NCBI GenBank assembly: GCA_964594665.1
Contig: CAZQNY010000005.1
Span: 1 to 61,259 of the forward strand
Direction: 5' to 3'
Length of the DNA stretch: 61,259 bases
DNA from: an uncultured Bacteroidales bacterium
GTDB taxonomy: Bacteria; Bacteroidota; Bacteroidia; Bacteroidales; BM520
Part shown: positions 60,057 to 61,259 of the stretch, one piece after another
Position numbering within the stretch: the stretch's first letter is position 1
How the letters are laid out: each line of letters opens with the position of its first letter
Translations under genes and position numbers: made by a program
The notes under the pieces: model-generated
Database searches by the model: none
Seen by the model: only the letters and a program-made list of their open reading frames with translations
What the model was told of the DNA's origin: nothing

Positions 60057-60112
60057 TAATGTTTGTATATACGAACAAAATGTACTGTTTTTGTTCGTAT
60101 ATACAAACATTA
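60057..60112. repeat. Perfect 24-bp inverted repeat with 8-nt spacer
   Basis: taatgtttgtatatacgaacaaaa-tgtactgt-ttttgttcgtatatacaaacatta. Confidence 0.95.
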
Positions 60113-60134
60113 AGTGAAAACAGGAGTAAAAATA

Positions 60135-61259
60135 TTATCTCCCGGCACTCAACAGCATCTCCTTCAATTCTTCATTGAAACCATCCGCCTGAAGTAAATC
60201 TTCAACTTTTTGTCTCATGCGGTAGCGCCAAAGGTGTGTAGGGTTACTTGGTACGTTGATTCGTTCCTCCTGGGTTTTCTCCCACCGGATTGTGCCATCC
60301 ATGGAGAGTATATCCTGCATGGGGAAGATAGCCAGCAGGGCAGGTGAGTAGAGGTGCTGGATTATAATTTCCCTGGCAACCCACGGTTCACAGAAATAGG
60401 GTGCAGCGCCATAATTTCCCAGGATGGTATTGAAGAATCGTTGTGTCTTACCACGATCTTCTTCCCACCAGCCACGTATTGTAGACATATCGTGGGTTGA
60501 CGGACTGGCCACTGAACGATAAGGGTAATCTGAAGGATGTCCAAAGTCTTTTTCCGGATCTTTTGGCATGCGCTGAATCTCCAGGCTCAGGATTCCAAGC
60601 TCATCCATTACCCCGGGAACACTGGCAGGAACCATACCCAGATCTTCACCACAAACCAGCATGTTGGTGGCATTCACCAGTGCCGGCAGCTGTTGCATGG
60701 CACGTTCACGCCAGAAACCATCGTGGCGGTGGTAGAAATAGTCCGTGTAGATGCGGTTGATAACCTCTTTGCGGTAGTCATCGAGAGCCTGATAGCTGTA
60801 GGTGTAGTGCAGCGAAATACGTGGATGAAAGGCAGCCACTTTTGAGTGAGGATCTCTGATAAAGAGTACCTCGGCACAGAGGCTTAGCAACCCGTCGCGG
60901 ATGCGGGTCCACTTCTCGTCCAGCTGCTCGCTTTCAAAGCTTCGTTTGAAATGTTCTGAAATTTTCTGCTGCGTATCATATTCCTTTTTTAAACGATAAA
61001 CCTCCCATTCAACCGGTTCCAGGAACTTATTTATAACATCCTCGGTATATTCGCCAAAGACATTGCCGAGGTACCATTGATGGATATACGGTTTAAGGAA
61101 GCGATCATCGTCAAGATCGAGGCCACGTTCGTGCAGCTCTTGTCGGGTGAGTGGCATGGCAGGGTTAAAATAGCCCATCAATCCCTGTGTTGAATCGATA
61201 GGGATCTCCCAGATGCGAAAGAACCCGAGGATATGATCGATCCGATAGGCGTCGAAATA
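60135..61259 (-). CDS. malQ: 4-alpha-glucanotransferase (GH77, DPE2-like), 5' part outside the window
   Basis: Frame is open to the window edge (YFDAYRIDHILGFFRIWEIP); CGEDLGMVP, STHDMST and ERINVP motifs. Confidence 0.93.
   Translation of the reverse strand, partial: YFDAYRIDHILGFFRIWEIPIDSTQGLMGYFNPAMPLTRQELHERGLDLDDDRFLKPYIHQWYLGNVFGEYTEDVINKFLEPVEWEVYRLKKEYDTQQKISEHFKRSFESEQLDEKWTRIRDGLLSLCAEVLFIRDPHSKVAAFHPRISLHYTYSYQALDDYRKEVINRIYTDYFYHRHDGFWRERAMQQLPALVNATNMLVCGEDLGMVPASVPGVMDELGILSLEIQRMPKDPEKDFGHPSDYPYRSVASPSTHDMSTIRGWWEEDRGKTQRFFNTILGNYGAAPYFCEPWVAREIIIQHLYSPALLAIFPMQDILSMDGTIRWEKTQEERINVPSNPTHLWRYRMRQKVEDLLQADGFNEELKEMLLSAGR

Overview
This 61 kb window is from a Bacteroidota chromosome, probably a non-Bacteroides Bacteroidales member. 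That inference rests on TAnnTTTG promoters, the T9SS locus, GSCFA/GH3/DUF4468 genes and the lptE-secG-groESL synteny. Most of it is housekeeping: pgk, gpmI, hemW, ade, groESL, secG, lptE, pheT, recG, porP-gldKLMN, rseP-dxr-M23, sprE, folE, fabD, an M20 dipeptidase and a partial malQ. The exceptional part is 1280-4840. It encodes a 722-aa polyferredoxin with a twin-arginine (probably Tat-lipoprotein) signal and 22 four-Cys ferredoxin motifs. The motifs fall into two internally repeated blocks (29-aa and 35-aa period) that mirror each other around a central pair. A POTRA-less Omp85-type outer-membrane barrel follows directly. My working hypothesis (inference, not proven) is an envelope-spanning Fe-S electron wire with an outer-membrane partner. 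A queD2-queE-queF cassette with an atypical QueE Cys motif comes next. Smaller points are a sigma-54-like promoter before groES near a regulator-less enhancer-binding protein, a second PTPS paralog fused in an operon with folE, and a toxin-first HEPN/MNT pair flanked by palindromes. I found no rRNA, tRNA, CRISPR array, integrase or transposase. Several starts were moved from the ORF track; this is noted per feature.
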